A DNA stretch of 64,000 nucleotides, from the NCBI GenBank assembly GCA_963715985.1, contig CAVQSP010000010.1, positions 64,001 through 128,000 of the forward strand. Reading direction: 5' to 3'. The translations under genes were made by a program, and so were the position numbers. Of this stretch, positions 40,799 through 50,277 are shown piece by piece (the first letter of the stretch is position 1; each line of letters opens with the position of its first letter). Source of the stretch: an uncultured Thermoleophilia bacterium (GTDB taxonomy: Bacteria > Actinomycetota > Thermoleophilia > UBA2241). The notes under the pieces were generated by a model. The model saw only the letters and a program-made list of their open reading frames with translations, had not been told where the DNA came from and did no database searches.

Positions 40799-41932
40799 GT
40801 GATGACCGCGTTGCCGACGTTCAGGCTCGAGGAGTTCCTGGGCCTCTGGGAGTTCAAGGCGCGCTACCACCTCACGGCCTCGGACGCCGAGAGCATGACC
40901 ATCGACGAGCTGCTCTCCCTCGGCGACGACGCCGACCGCGAGGCGTTCATGAGCCTGCCGCTGAGCTACGTCGACACATGGGGCGGCAAAGAGCTTCGCG
41001 AGGCCATCGCCGACACCTACGAGCGCGTGGACGCCGAGCACGTCCTCGTGTTCGCCGGCGCCGAGGAAGCGCTGTTCTGGGCGCTCCAGGATTTCGTCGG
41101 CCCGGGCGACCACGCCATCGTCAGCGTGCCGTGCTACCAGTCGATGGAGACGGTCACGGTGGCTACCGGCGCCGAGGTGACGCCCCTCGTCATGCGCCCG
41201 GAGAACGGGTGGGCCCTGGACATCGCCGAGTTGCACACCCTGCTGCGCCCGAACACGAAGCTGATCGCCGTCAACTATCCCCACAACCCGACGGGCTACG
41301 TGGCCGACGAGGTCGACTTCTGCGAGCTGGCGGCACTGTGCGAAGTCCGCGACATCCGCCTCTTCTGCGACGAGGTCTATCGCGGCGTGGAGCTGGACGA
41401 GCACCTCACGCTCTCGCAGGCCGCCGATCTCTCGGACACCGCCGTGTCCCTCAACGTGGTGTCCAAGTCCTACGGCCTGCCGGGCCTTCGGGTCGGCTGG
41501 CTGGCGTGCCGCGACCGCGAGCTGCTCGAGCGCCTCGAGAAGCGCAAGCACTACACGGCCATCTGCAACGCCGGGCCGGCCGAGTTCCTGGCGACCATCG
41601 CTCTTCGTAACCGCGAGCGCATCTGGCGGCGCAACCGCGACATCATCGCCGCCAACCTGCCGTTGTTCGACGACTTCTTCTCGCGCTGGGCAGAGGTGTT
41701 CGACTGGGAGCCGCCGATGGGAGGCTGCGTCTGCTACCCGCGCTACAAGGGCGGGGACGTGGAGGACTTCTGCAAGCGGCTGCTCGACGAAGAGGGCGTT
41801 CTGGTCCTGCCCGCAAGCATCTACCGCTCGGAGCTCGCCGAGACCCCGACCGACCGCTTCCGCGTCGGCGTCGGCCGGATCGGGGTGGACGAGGGCCTGC
41901 ACGCGTTCGACCGTTTCATGCGCCGAGGGTAG
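40799..41932 (+). CDS. PLP-dependent aminotransferase class I/II
   Basis: NYPHNPTG, DEVYR, SKSYGLPGLRVGW. Confidence 0.93.
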   Translation: MMTALPTFRLEEFLGLWEFKARYHLTASDAESMTIDELLSLGDDADREAFMSLPLSYVDTWGGKELREAIADTYERVDAEHVLVFAGAEEALFWALQDFVGPGDHAIVSVPCYQSMETVTVATGAEVTPLVMRPENGWALDIAELHTLLRPNTKLIAVNYPHNPTGYVADEVDFCELAALCEVRDIRLFCDEVYRGVELDEHLTLSQAADLSDTAVSLNVVSKSYGLPGLRVGWLACRDRELLERLEKRKHYTAICNAGPAEFLATIALRNRERIWRRNRDIIAANLPLFDDFFSRWAEVFDWEPPMGGCVCYPRYKGGDVEDFCKRLLDEEGVLVLPASIYRSELAETPTDRFRVGVGRIGVDEGLHAFDRFMRRG

Positions 41933-42069
41933 CCGGCCGGACCGAGCCGGGTCTGGCCCGAGTAGTCCCGAAGACGTCACGGCGCGGCGCGTGTCTCGCC
42001 CGACCGCCTCCTGCGTCGGCTTCTGGCAGCGCGCGTACTTGTCCCGCGCGGGCCAAGCGAGCGCTCTGC

Positions 42070-42099
42070 TTGACGGACTTGCGCGCAGCGCCTTATGTT
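42070..42099 (+). promoter_or_regulatory. Sigma-70 promoter for the mttB-like gene
   Basis: TTGACG-N18-TATGTT about 170 nt upstream of the ATG. Confidence 0.5.
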
Positions 42100-42269
42100 C
42101 GGCATCCCAGCCGGCCGGCTGCGCGAACGCCGCGGGGTCGAGGGCGCCGAACGGCTCGCGCGAGCGTCTCGTCGAGGTCGGTGGCCAAGCCGCCACCGGG
42201 GGCGGAGTAGCGGCGCGACCATACGCGCCGCCGGCGGGTCGGCGACCCGATGGAGAGGGGAGTGCATCG

Positions 42270-43679
42270 ATGTCGCAGCGCGCGACGACGACCGTGTGGG
42301 ACGGAGAAGCGTGCGCTCGGGCGCACGCCGCCAGCCGCAGCGTCCTCGAGCGCGCCGGCGTCGAGATCGGCCATCCGGAGGCTCTGGCCCTGCTGGCGGG
42401 GGCCGGCGCGCGCGTCGAAGGCACGCGCGTCTTCATTCCCGGCGCGCTCGTGGACGACGCTCTCGTCTCCGCGCCGTCGTCCTTCGCGATCCCGGGCCGT
42501 GGCCGAGGCGGGATGCAGCTCGAGCAGGGCTGCTCATGGTTTGGCACGGGCCCCGATTGCCTGTATCTGCATGACCCCATCACGGGGACACGGCGGCGCG
42601 CCCGGCTGGACGATATCGTCGCGAGCGCCGACCTCTGCGACAAGCTCGACCAGGTCGACTTCATCATGTCGATGGGCCTGCCCGAAGACGCACCACTCGC
42701 GTCCGAGGACCTGCTGCAGTTCGCAGCCATGCTCGACGGGACGTCCAAGCCCTTGATCGTCTCGACGAGTCACGGCGGCGACGGACTCGAGGCGATGCGC
42801 GAGATGGCGGGCCTGTGCGGCGAGCCGGCGAGCTTCGGCTGCCTCACGATGTCGTCCCCGCCGCTCAGCTTCGACCACGCCGCCATCGACAAGCTCATCG
42901 CCTGCGCCCGCCTGGGCATCCCGGTGATCCTCGCCCCGGCGCCTTCGGCCGGCGCCACCGCGCCGGCGTCCATCTCCTCGGCCATCGTCGTCGGCGACGC
43001 CGAGGTGCTCGCCGGACTCTGCGTGCAGCAACTCGCTCGCCCAGGAGCACCGTTCGTCTACGGCGTCGGCGCCTGTGCGTTCGACATGCGCATGGCGGTC
43101 GACGCCTACGTGATCCCCGAGGCCTTCCTGGCCAACCAGGCGGGCTGCGACCTGGCACGCTCGTACGGCCTGCCGAGCTGGGCCTACGCCGGGCCGTCAG
43201 ACGCCAAGGCGCTCGACGGGCAGTGGGCGGCGGAGGTGGCGATCACGACCCTGCTGGGCGCGCTCTCGGGGGCGACCCTGCTCCACGACCTCGGCTACAT
43301 GGAGTCGGGCATGGCCGGCGCCCAGGAAGCGATCGTGTTCGGCGCCGAGCTCGTCGGCTTCGCGCGCGCCTTCATGCGCGATCTGCCGCTGGACCCAGAG
43401 GCGCTGCAGATCGAGGAGATCGTCGCCGTGGGACCGCGCGGCAACCACTTGGCCCGGCCGTACACCCGCCGGCACCACCGCGACTTCTGGAAGACCGACA
43501 TCCTCGACCATGCGCCCTACGAACGCTGGCAGGCGGCGGGCGGGACGACGCTGCGGGAGCGCGTTCGGCAGCGCACCCGCGACCTGCTGGCCGCCGAGCG
43601 CGCGACGCGGCTTCCCGACCACACTCGGCGGGACTTCGACCGCATCATCTCCGCGGTGGCGGACAGGCGGCAGTCGTAG
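42270..43679 (+). CDS. Trimethylamine methyltransferase (MttB) superfamily, non-pyrrolysine
   Basis: GATAPAS, AEVLAG, PGAPFVYG, DAKALDGQ, HDLGYMESG, VGPRGNHL; no in-frame TAG. Confidence 0.9.
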   Translation: MSQRATTTVWDGEACARAHAASRSVLERAGVEIGHPEALALLAGAGARVEGTRVFIPGALVDDALVSAPSSFAIPGRGRGGMQLEQGCSWFGTGPDCLYLHDPITGTRRRARLDDIVASADLCDKLDQVDFIMSMGLPEDAPLASEDLLQFAAMLDGTSKPLIVSTSHGGDGLEAMREMAGLCGEPASFGCLTMSSPPLSFDHAAIDKLIACARLGIPVILAPAPSAGATAPASISSAIVVGDAEVLAGLCVQQLARPGAPFVYGVGACAFDMRMAVDAYVIPEAFLANQAGCDLARSYGLPSWAYAGPSDAKALDGQWAAEVAITTLLGALSGATLLHDLGYMESGMAGAQEAIVFGAELVGFARAFMRDLPLDPEALQIEEIVAVGPRGNHLARPYTRRHHRDFWKTDILDHAPYERWQAAGGTTLRERVRQRTRDLLAAERATRLPDHTRRDFDRIISAVADRRQS

Positions 43680-43843
43680 GAGCTCAGGGTCGGCGTGCCG
43701 TGAGCGCCTCGGCCGGCACGCGACCTGCTCGGCGACGAAGCCTGCGAGAAGCCTGCGCGCACACGTCTGGATTCACAGGACGCACGCGTCGCGAAGCACG
43801 CCATCCTACGTTACGGCCCCCTCGAGCTTGCGCGGGAGGTCGT

Positions 43844-44026
43844 TTCGACCACGCCATGCACGACCGCCGGGCGACCGGCGGCGGGACGACGCTCGAGGAG
43901 CGCGTGCGCGCCAAGTCGGCGCTCTTGCGTTCCGGCGCACGTAAGTTCAGTCTCACGGCCATGCAGGAAGAACGCCTCGAGACCATCCTCAGCGAGGATC
44001 TCGCCGGGTGGGACGCACCGCTGTGA
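43844..44026 (+). pseudogene. C-terminal remnant of a second MttB paralog
   Basis: FDHAMHDRRATGGGTTLEERVR aligns with LDHAPYERWQAAGGTTLRERVR of the upstream MttB. Confidence 0.7.
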
Positions 44027-44129
44027 CCTTCGCGGCCTTCGCGGGAGCGTGCCTGCAGCCCGACTCTCGTGCAAGACGGCTCCCTGCGGCGTGCGCGCCG
44101 CCGCCGCCCACGCCGACCCGGTCGGCGGC

Positions 44130-44625
44130 GTGACATCGGGAGCCGTGCCGGGCTTCGTCGCCGCGACGACGTGGCGAGACCTCCCAGCCGACGTGCAGGA
44201 GCGCGCCCGGCTCTGCCTGATCGACGATCTGGGTGCCCTGCTCGCGGGCCTGAGCGCTCCCATAGCGGGCATCACGGCCGGCGTGGCCCGCAGAGTCTGG
44301 GGCGGCGACGAGGCCACCATCTTCTTCGACGGCGCCCGCGCCGGCGCTGCGGGGGCGGCCTTCGCGAACGCGAGCGCCGCCAACGGCACCGACGTCGACG
44401 ACTGCGCTCTGTACACGTGGGGCCACCCCGGAGCGCAGCTCTTCCCCGCCGCCCTGGCGGTGGCCGAGCGCGAGGCCCTGCCCGGGGCAGCGCTGCTCGC
44501 CGGCCTGGTCGTGGGCTACGAGGTGGCGTTCCGCGCCGGTCGCTGCATGCACGACGCGGAAGCCTACTATCGCTCCTGTGGATCCTGGGGGTCGCTGGCC
44601 TGCGCGGCGGCGGTCGCCAACCTCC
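44130..44625 (+). pseudogene. Truncated MmgE/PrpD-family gene (N-terminal third)
   Basis: DLPADVQERAR.CLID, NGTDVDD, GHPG, GYEV; similarity stops at ...AAAVANL, where the SBP sequence begins. Confidence 0.75.
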
Positions 44626-46449
44626 CTGGCACGCCGGCGTGCGGGCGGCCGTGCGATCCTCTTGCTCGTGCTGATGACGCTCGTGGGGCTCGTGGCCGCG
44701 TCCACTGCGTCCGCCTCGAGCCCTTCAGCCTCCCCCGCCACCGCCACGACGTTCCGCGTCGGCTGGCTGCTCGAGCCCGAGAACCTCAACCCGTTCGTCG
44801 GGCTCCTCGGCCAGGACTACGAGATCTGGCACCTCAACTACGACCTCCTCGTCGGATTCGACACGAAGACCCTGTCGCCGCGCCCGGAGATCGCCACCAG
44901 CTGGAGCATCTCACCGGACGGCAAGACCTGGACCTTCAAGATCCGCGAGGGCGTCAAGTGGCAGGACGGCGAGCCGTTGACAGCCAAGGATGTCGCGTTC
45001 ACGTTCAACTACATCGTCGACAACAACCTGCTGAACCTCGCCATCTACACGGGCGGCATCAACGGCGCCAGGGCGTTGGACGACACGACGTGCGAAGTCA
45101 CCACAGACAAGCCCAAGTCGAACATGCTGGCCATGTTCGTGCCCATCATCCCGGAGCACGTCTGGAGCAAGATCTCCGGCGAGGAGGCCAGCACCACGTA
45201 CGAGAACCCGTTGCCCATCGTCGGATCCGGGCCGTTCCAGGTCGTCGAGTGGCAGAAGAACAAGTACATCCGCCTCGCGGCGAACAAGGACTATTGGGGC
45301 GGCGCCCCAAGGGTGGACCAGGTCATCTTCGAGACCTACAGCAACGCGGACACCATGGTCGCCGACCTCAAGGCGGGCACCCTCGACGCCGCCACCGGAC
45401 TGCCCCAGACGCAGGTGCCGATCCTCGAGAAGACCTCCGGCGTCACCAACCTCAAGGGCACCTTCTTCCGTTTCAATGAGCTCGGCTTCAACTGCTACGA
45501 CTCGCCGGACTCGCAGGGCAACCCGGTACTGCTCGACACCGCCTTCCGCCACGCCCTGAACTGGGCCATCGACCGTCAGAAGATCGTCGACGTCGCCTTC
45601 TTCGGCCAGGCCGACGTCGGCCAGACGCTCATGCCGCCCTACTCGCCCTACCATTGGGAGCCGCCCGCGGACCAGGCGTATACCTTCGACCCCGCCAAGG
45701 CCGAGACGGAGCTCGACGCGGCCGGCTACAAAGACGTCGACGGTGACGGCTTCCGCGAGACCAAGGCCGGCAAGCCGCTCAGCCTGGAGATGCTCGCGAC
45801 CACCGACTCGCCCGAGAGCCAGTCGGCCGGCAAGCTGATCGCCGGCTGGTTCAAGGACGTCGGCCTGAAGATCGTCTACAAGGTCGTCGACTCCGGCGTG
45901 CTCCTGGACGAGCAGTACAACTACGAGGGCGACACATACGCTCCCTCCCACGACATGTACATCTGGTTCTGGACCACCGACATCGATCCCGAGGCGCAGC
46001 TGGGTGTACTGACGCCGATGCAGATCGAGGGCTGGAGCGACACCCTCTGGACGGACCCCGAGTACACGCGACTGTTCAAGCAGCAGGAGCAGACCATCGA
46101 CGTCGAGCAGCGCATCCCCATGGTGCAGCGGATGCAGGAGATCGCGTGGCAGTCGTCTCCGTACGTGGTCTTCGCCTATCCCTTCCAGCTCGAGGCGTAT
46201 CGCAGCGACAAGTGGCAGGGCGTGACCCCGTCGCCGACCGACTACTCCGGGTACGACGGCTCCGCGTTCTACGGCTACATGAACATCGACAGCTACCGCT
46301 TCGTCGAGCCGGCCGCCGTCACCACGGCCACTCAGGAGGCCGGCGCCAACACGACGGTGCTCATGATCGTCGGCATCGTCGCGGCTCTGGTCGTGATCGC
46401 GCTCGAGGGGATCGTGATCCGGCGGCGGACCCGGTCAGTCGAGGGCTGA
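44626..46449 (+). CDS. ABC substrate-binding protein family 5 (peptide/nickel) with C-terminal TM; start uncertain
   Basis: NLNPF, SPDGKTWTFKIREGVKWQDGEPLTAKDV, GSGPF, AIDR; hydrophobic tail followed by RRR. Confidence 0.88.
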   Translation: MARRRAGGRAILLLVLMTLVGLVAASTASASSPSASPATATTFRVGWLLEPENLNPFVGLLGQDYEIWHLNYDLLVGFDTKTLSPRPEIATSWSISPDGKTWTFKIREGVKWQDGEPLTAKDVAFTFNYIVDNNLLNLAIYTGGINGARALDDTTCEVTTDKPKSNMLAMFVPIIPEHVWSKISGEEASTTYENPLPIVGSGPFQVVEWQKNKYIRLAANKDYWGGAPRVDQVIFETYSNADTMVADLKAGTLDAATGLPQTQVPILEKTSGVTNLKGTFFRFNELGFNCYDSPDSQGNPVLLDTAFRHALNWAIDRQKIVDVAFFGQADVGQTLMPPYSPYHWEPPADQAYTFDPAKAETELDAAGYKDVDGDGFRETKAGKPLSLEMLATTDSPESQSAGKLIAGWFKDVGLKIVYKVVDSGVLLDEQYNYEGDTYAPSHDMYIWFWTTDIDPEAQLGVLTPMQIEGWSDTLWTDPEYTRLFKQQEQTIDVEQRIPMVQRMQEIAWQSSPYVVFAYPFQLEAYRSDKWQGVTPSPTDYSGYDGSAFYGYMNIDSYRFVEPAAVTTATQEAGANTTVLMIVGIVAALVVIALEGIVIRRRTRSVEG

Positions 46450-46474
46450 CCCGACCGGGTCGGCCGCGAGCTTG

Positions 46475-46510
46475 GGCGGCGGCGGGGCGAAGCGCCTCGC
46501 CGCCGCCTTT
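46475..46510 (+). terminator. Intrinsic terminator
   Basis: GGCGGCGGCGGGGCG-AAG-CGCCTCGCCGCCGCC followed by TTT. Confidence 0.65.
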
Positions 46511-46729
46511 CCATGGTCCTGGAGCCGGCGCGGCGCGTCCGCGGACGCTCCTGACGGCGCCCGCGCGCTCGAGGCGCGCGGGCCGAGTCGTCAACGGCCA
46601 GCGCTCCGCAGGGTGTACACTCTCCTCCTCGTGCGCGCTCCTCTATCCGAAACCGCCCCTCCTCTCGCGATGCCCCCCCACGCATCCGTGGGTCGTCGCC
46701 CGCACGCGGCCGCCTGACCGCGGCCGCGC

Positions 46730-46759
46730 TGTAACTTCCTCGGCCGTGACCGCGTCTAA
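46730..46759 (+). promoter_or_regulatory. ECF-sigma-type promoter (likely autoregulatory)
   Basis: TGTAAC-N17-CGTCTAA fits the ECF AAC...CGT pattern, 16 nt upstream of the ECF gene. Confidence 0.65.
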
Positions 46760-46775
46760 CCTCCACAAGTGGGCT

Positions 46776-47349
46776 TTGCTCCCCGACCCGTCACCCGCCG
46801 ACCTCGCGCGGGCGGCCACCGGCGATGCGGAAGCCTTCACCCTGATCGTGGAGCGCTATCAAGGCATGGTCTACTCGGTGGCGTACAACGTGCTCGGCAA
46901 CCACACGGACGCCGAAGACGCGGCGCAGGAGGCGTTCCTGCGCTGCTACCGCAAGCTGTCGCAGTACCGCAGCGAGGCCACGTTCAGCACCTGGCTGTTC
47001 CGGCTCGCGCTCACGGCGGCTGTGGACTACCGCCGCCGCGAGCGGGCGCGCCCCGAGCCCGTGGAGGTTCCCGGACCTCGCCGGAGAGGTGAGCGAGGTC
47101 CCGGACGGGGTCGACGCCGCCACCATCGTGGCGGCCCTCGCCGACCTGCCCGAGGACTACCGCGTGCCCACCGTGCTCCGCGACGTGTACGGCCTGCCCT
47201 ACCAGGAGATCGCCGAGCTCACCGGGCGGCCGCTCGGCACCGTCAAGGTCATGGTGCACCGCGGCCGCGCCTCTCTGCGGCTCAAGTTGCGCGCCGGCGG
47301 CGTGCGGCAGGGCGCGGATGTCCCGTCTGGTCCCCGAGGAGACGCCTGA
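46776..47349 (+). CDS. ECF RNA polymerase sigma factor (frameshift near 47070)
   Basis: GDAEAF, DAEDAAQEAF, FSTWLFR; region 4 (LPEDYR...YQEIAE...GTVKVMVHRGR) lies in the next frame. Confidence 0.88.
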
Positions 47350-47780
47350 TGGATTGCAGCTACTTCCGCGAGCGCATCAACACCTACGTGGACGGCGAGA
47401 TGGGCTATCTGGAGGTGGCCGAACTGCAGGCGCACCTCAGCTTCTGCCCGGACTGCGCCGCCGAGCTCGCCCAGGTGGGCGAGGCCCGCGGCGCCCTCGC
47501 CGCGTGGGGGCGGCTCGAACTGACCACGCCGCCCGGCTTCGCGGAGCGCGTGATGGCGGCGGTCGAGCTCGAGCCGGTGCCCGGCACGCCCAAGCCACTC
47601 GGCCAGGTCGTCGAGGACGTGCTGCAGAAGCTCGACGACACGCTGGGCAGCATCTCGCTGCCGGGCGGGCGCACCATCCCCGTCAAGAACCTCATCGGCT
47701 GGGGCCTCGCCACGGCCGCCGTCGTCATCGGCATCGAGAGTGGGCGCGGGCGGCGCAACAGGGAGCTGACACCGCTGTGA
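47349..47780 (+). CDS. Zinc-finger (zf-HC2) anti-sigma factor
   Basis: MDC...YVDGE...HLSFCPDC (HxxxCxxC); C-terminal hydrophobic helix. Confidence 0.88.
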   Translation: MDCSYFRERINTYVDGEMGYLEVAELQAHLSFCPDCAAELAQVGEARGALAAWGRLELTTPPGFAERVMAAVELEPVPGTPKPLGQVVEDVLQKLDDTLGSISLPGGRTIPVKNLIGWGLATAAVVIGIESGRGRRNRELTPL

Positions 47781-48253
47781 AGCTGGACCGCGCCCAGATA
47801 GAGGCCCTGCTGCCGCACCGCCCGCCGTTTCTGCTCGTCGACGAGGTCGTCGAGGGCGAACCGGGCGTGCGCTGCGTAGCGCTCCGCACGCTCCGCGACG
47901 AGGACTTCTGGTTCGCCGGGCACTTCCCCGGCAACCCCGTGATGCCCGGCGTGCTCATCGTCGAGGCCCTCGCCCAGGCGGCCACCATCGCGGCGGCCAG
48001 CGGGGCGGCCGAGGGCGGCGAGAGCATGGCCGGCAAAGTCGGTCTGTTCGCCGGCATCGACAAGGTGCGCTTCAAGCGCGTCGTCAAGCCGGGTGACACC
48101 ATGCGGCTCGAGGCCGAGATCACGAGCTTCCGCGGGCCGGTGGGCAAGTGCAGCGTCAAGGCGACGGTGGACGGCCAGCTCGCCTGCCGCGGCGAGCTCA
48201 TGTTCGCCATCGTCGACGCCGGCGCCATCGCCGCCGGGGAGGCGAAGCTGTGA
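47777..48253 (+). CDS. fabZ: 3-hydroxyacyl-ACP dehydratase
   Basis: LPHRPPFLLVD, FAGHFPGNPVMPGVLIVEALAQ. Confidence 0.95.
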   Translation: MKLDRAQIEALLPHRPPFLLVDEVVEGEPGVRCVALRTLRDEDFWFAGHFPGNPVMPGVLIVEALAQAATIAAASGAAEGGESMAGKVGLFAGIDKVRFKRVVKPGDTMRLEAEITSFRGPVGKCSVKATVDGQLACRGELMFAIVDAGAIAAGEAKL

Positions 48254-49257
48254 TCGGGCTCCGCCGCGGCCTGGTCCGCGGGGCCCGCATCTCCGCGCTC
48301 GGCGTGCACGTGCCCGAGCGCGTGCTCACCAACGACGAGATCAGCCAGTTCCTGGACACGTCGGACGAGTGGATCACCACGCGCACCGGCATCCGCGAGC
48401 GCCGCATCGCGCGCGTGGACGAGGCGGCGAGTGACCTCGGCGAAGTCGCCGCCCGGCGCTGTCTGGAGTCGGCCGGCCTGGACGCGGGCGAGCTGGACCT
48501 GGTCATCGTGACCACCATCTCGCCCGACCACATCATGCCGGCCACGGCCTCCATCGTGGCCGACAAGATCGGCGCCGTGAAGGCCGGGGCCTTCGACGTG
48601 CAGGCCGGCTGCACCGGCTTCGTCTACGGCCTCGCCATCGCCACGGCGTTCGTCTCCGCCAACATCTACACCAACGTGCTCGTGCTCGGCGCCGAGGTGC
48701 TCAGCAAGATGGTGGACTGGGAGGACCGCGGCACCTGCGTGCTCTTCGGGGACGGCGCCGGCGCGGTGCTCGTGCAGCCCACCGACAACGGCAGCATCTT
48801 CAGCTTCGACCTCGGTAACGACGGCAGCGGCGCCCCCAACCTGCTGGTGCCGGCCGGCGGCAGCCGCTCGCCGGCCACGTTCGAGACGGTGCGCAATCAC
48901 GAGCACGCCATGCACATGACCGGCAGCGAGGTGTTCAAGTTCGCCACACGGACCGTCGTGGATTCGTGCCAGAAGGTCCTCTCCGACGCCGGCATCGGCG
49001 TGGAGGACGTCGACCTGTTCGTCCCGCACCAGGCCAACATCCGCATCATCGAGTCGGCGTCGCGCCGCCTGGGCATGCGTGAAGGCCAGGTGTTCGCCAA
49101 CCTCGACCGCTACGGCAACACGTCGTGTGCCTCCATCCCCATCTGCCTGCACGAGGCCAGCCAGAACGGCCGTCTGAAGAAGGGCGACACGCTTCTGATG
49201 GCCGGCTTCGGCGCCGGGCTCACGTGGGGCTCGTGCCTGACCAAGTGGGAGCTGTGA
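48250..49257 (+). CDS. fabH: Beta-ketoacyl-ACP synthase III
   Basis: DTSDEWI.TRTGI, AGCTGF, PHQANIRI, GNTS. Confidence 0.95.
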   Translation: MIGLRRGLVRGARISALGVHVPERVLTNDEISQFLDTSDEWITTRTGIRERRIARVDEAASDLGEVAARRCLESAGLDAGELDLVIVTTISPDHIMPATASIVADKIGAVKAGAFDVQAGCTGFVYGLAIATAFVSANIYTNVLVLGAEVLSKMVDWEDRGTCVLFGDGAGAVLVQPTDNGSIFSFDLGNDGSGAPNLLVPAGGSRSPATFETVRNHEHAMHMTGSEVFKFATRTVVDSCQKVLSDAGIGVEDVDLFVPHQANIRIIESASRRLGMREGQVFANLDRYGNTSCASIPICLHEASQNGRLKKGDTLLMAGFGAGLTWGSCLTKWEL

Positions 49258-49344
49258 GCTTCACGCAGCCGCGCGCAGGCCGGCTTCGCCGCGTTTCGGG
49301 GTAAGCATGGTGTCACGGAGATCCGCAACGTCCCGGAGGACGTC

Positions 49345-50277
49345 ATGAAGAAGCTCGCACTCATGTTCCCAGGTCAGGGGTCGCAGGCAGTCGGAATGGG
49401 CTGTGACCTCTGCGCCGCATATCCGCAGATGCGGGACTCGTACCGCGAGGCATCGGAGGTTCTCGACTTCGACCTCGAGAGCATCTGCGCCGCGGGTCCG
49501 GCCGAGCGGCTCGCACGCACCGACATCACGCAGCCGGCGCTGCTCGCCAACTCCCTCGGCATCTTCCGCATCCTCGCGGACGAGGGGCTGCGCTTCGACG
49601 CCGCCTTCGGTCACAGCGTGGGCGAGTACTCGGCCCTGGTCGCCACCGGCGCGCTCTCGTTCGAGGACGGGCTGCACCTCGTGCGGCGGCGCGGCGAGGA
49701 GATGCTGCGCGCCGCCGATGCGGCGGCGGGCGGCATGGCCGCCGTCATCGGCCTGCCCGACGAGAGCGTGGAAGAGCTGTGCGCCGGCCTGGAGGGCGTG
49801 TGGCCGGCCAATTTCAACAGCCCCGGCCAGGTCGTTGTGAGCGGCACCAGGGCCGGTTTGGACGCTCTGGCCGCCAAGGCCACGGAGGCAGGCGCCCGCA
49901 AGGTCATGCCGCTGGCTGTGAGCGGCGCCTTTCACTCGCCCTTGATGGTGCCGGCCCAGGCGCCGCTGCGCGCCGAGCTCGAGCGCACCCCGTGGAGGAC
50001 TCCGGACCCCGGGTTCTTCTCGGTCAGCAGCGTGGCCTTTGAGACGGGTGACTTCGTCGAGCTGCTCGCCCGGCAGCTCGTCTCGCCGGTGCGTTTCACG
50101 CAGTCGGTGAACACGCTCTACGCAGCAGGGTATGATTCGTTCCTTGAAGTGGGGCCGGGGAGCGTGCTCAGCGGCCTGGTGCGGCGCATCACCCCCGAAG
50201 CATCGGTGGCTCGGGCCTCCGATCTGGACAGCATCGGGGCGCTCCGCGAAGACGCAGACTACTGGGAGGTCGCGTGA
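49345..50277 (+). CDS. fabD: Malonyl-CoA:ACP transacylase
   Basis: FPGQGSQ, TQPA, GHSVGEY, VSGAFHS. Confidence 0.95.
   Translation: MKKLALMFPGQGSQAVGMGCDLCAAYPQMRDSYREASEVLDFDLESICAAGPAERLARTDITQPALLANSLGIFRILADEGLRFDAAFGHSVGEYSALVATGALSFEDGLHLVRRRGEEMLRAADAAAGGMAAVIGLPDESVEELCAGLEGVWPANFNSPGQVVVSGTRAGLDALAAKATEAGARKVMPLAVSGAFHSPLMVPAQAPLRAELERTPWRTPDPGFFSVSSVAFETGDFVELLARQLVSPVRFTQSVNTLYAAGYDSFLEVGPGSVLSGLVRRITPEASVARASDLDSIGALREDADYWEVA

Noticed and set aside
42270-43679. Pyrrolysine recoding in the MttB
   Set aside because: There is no internal TAG; the only TAG is at the normal C-terminus.
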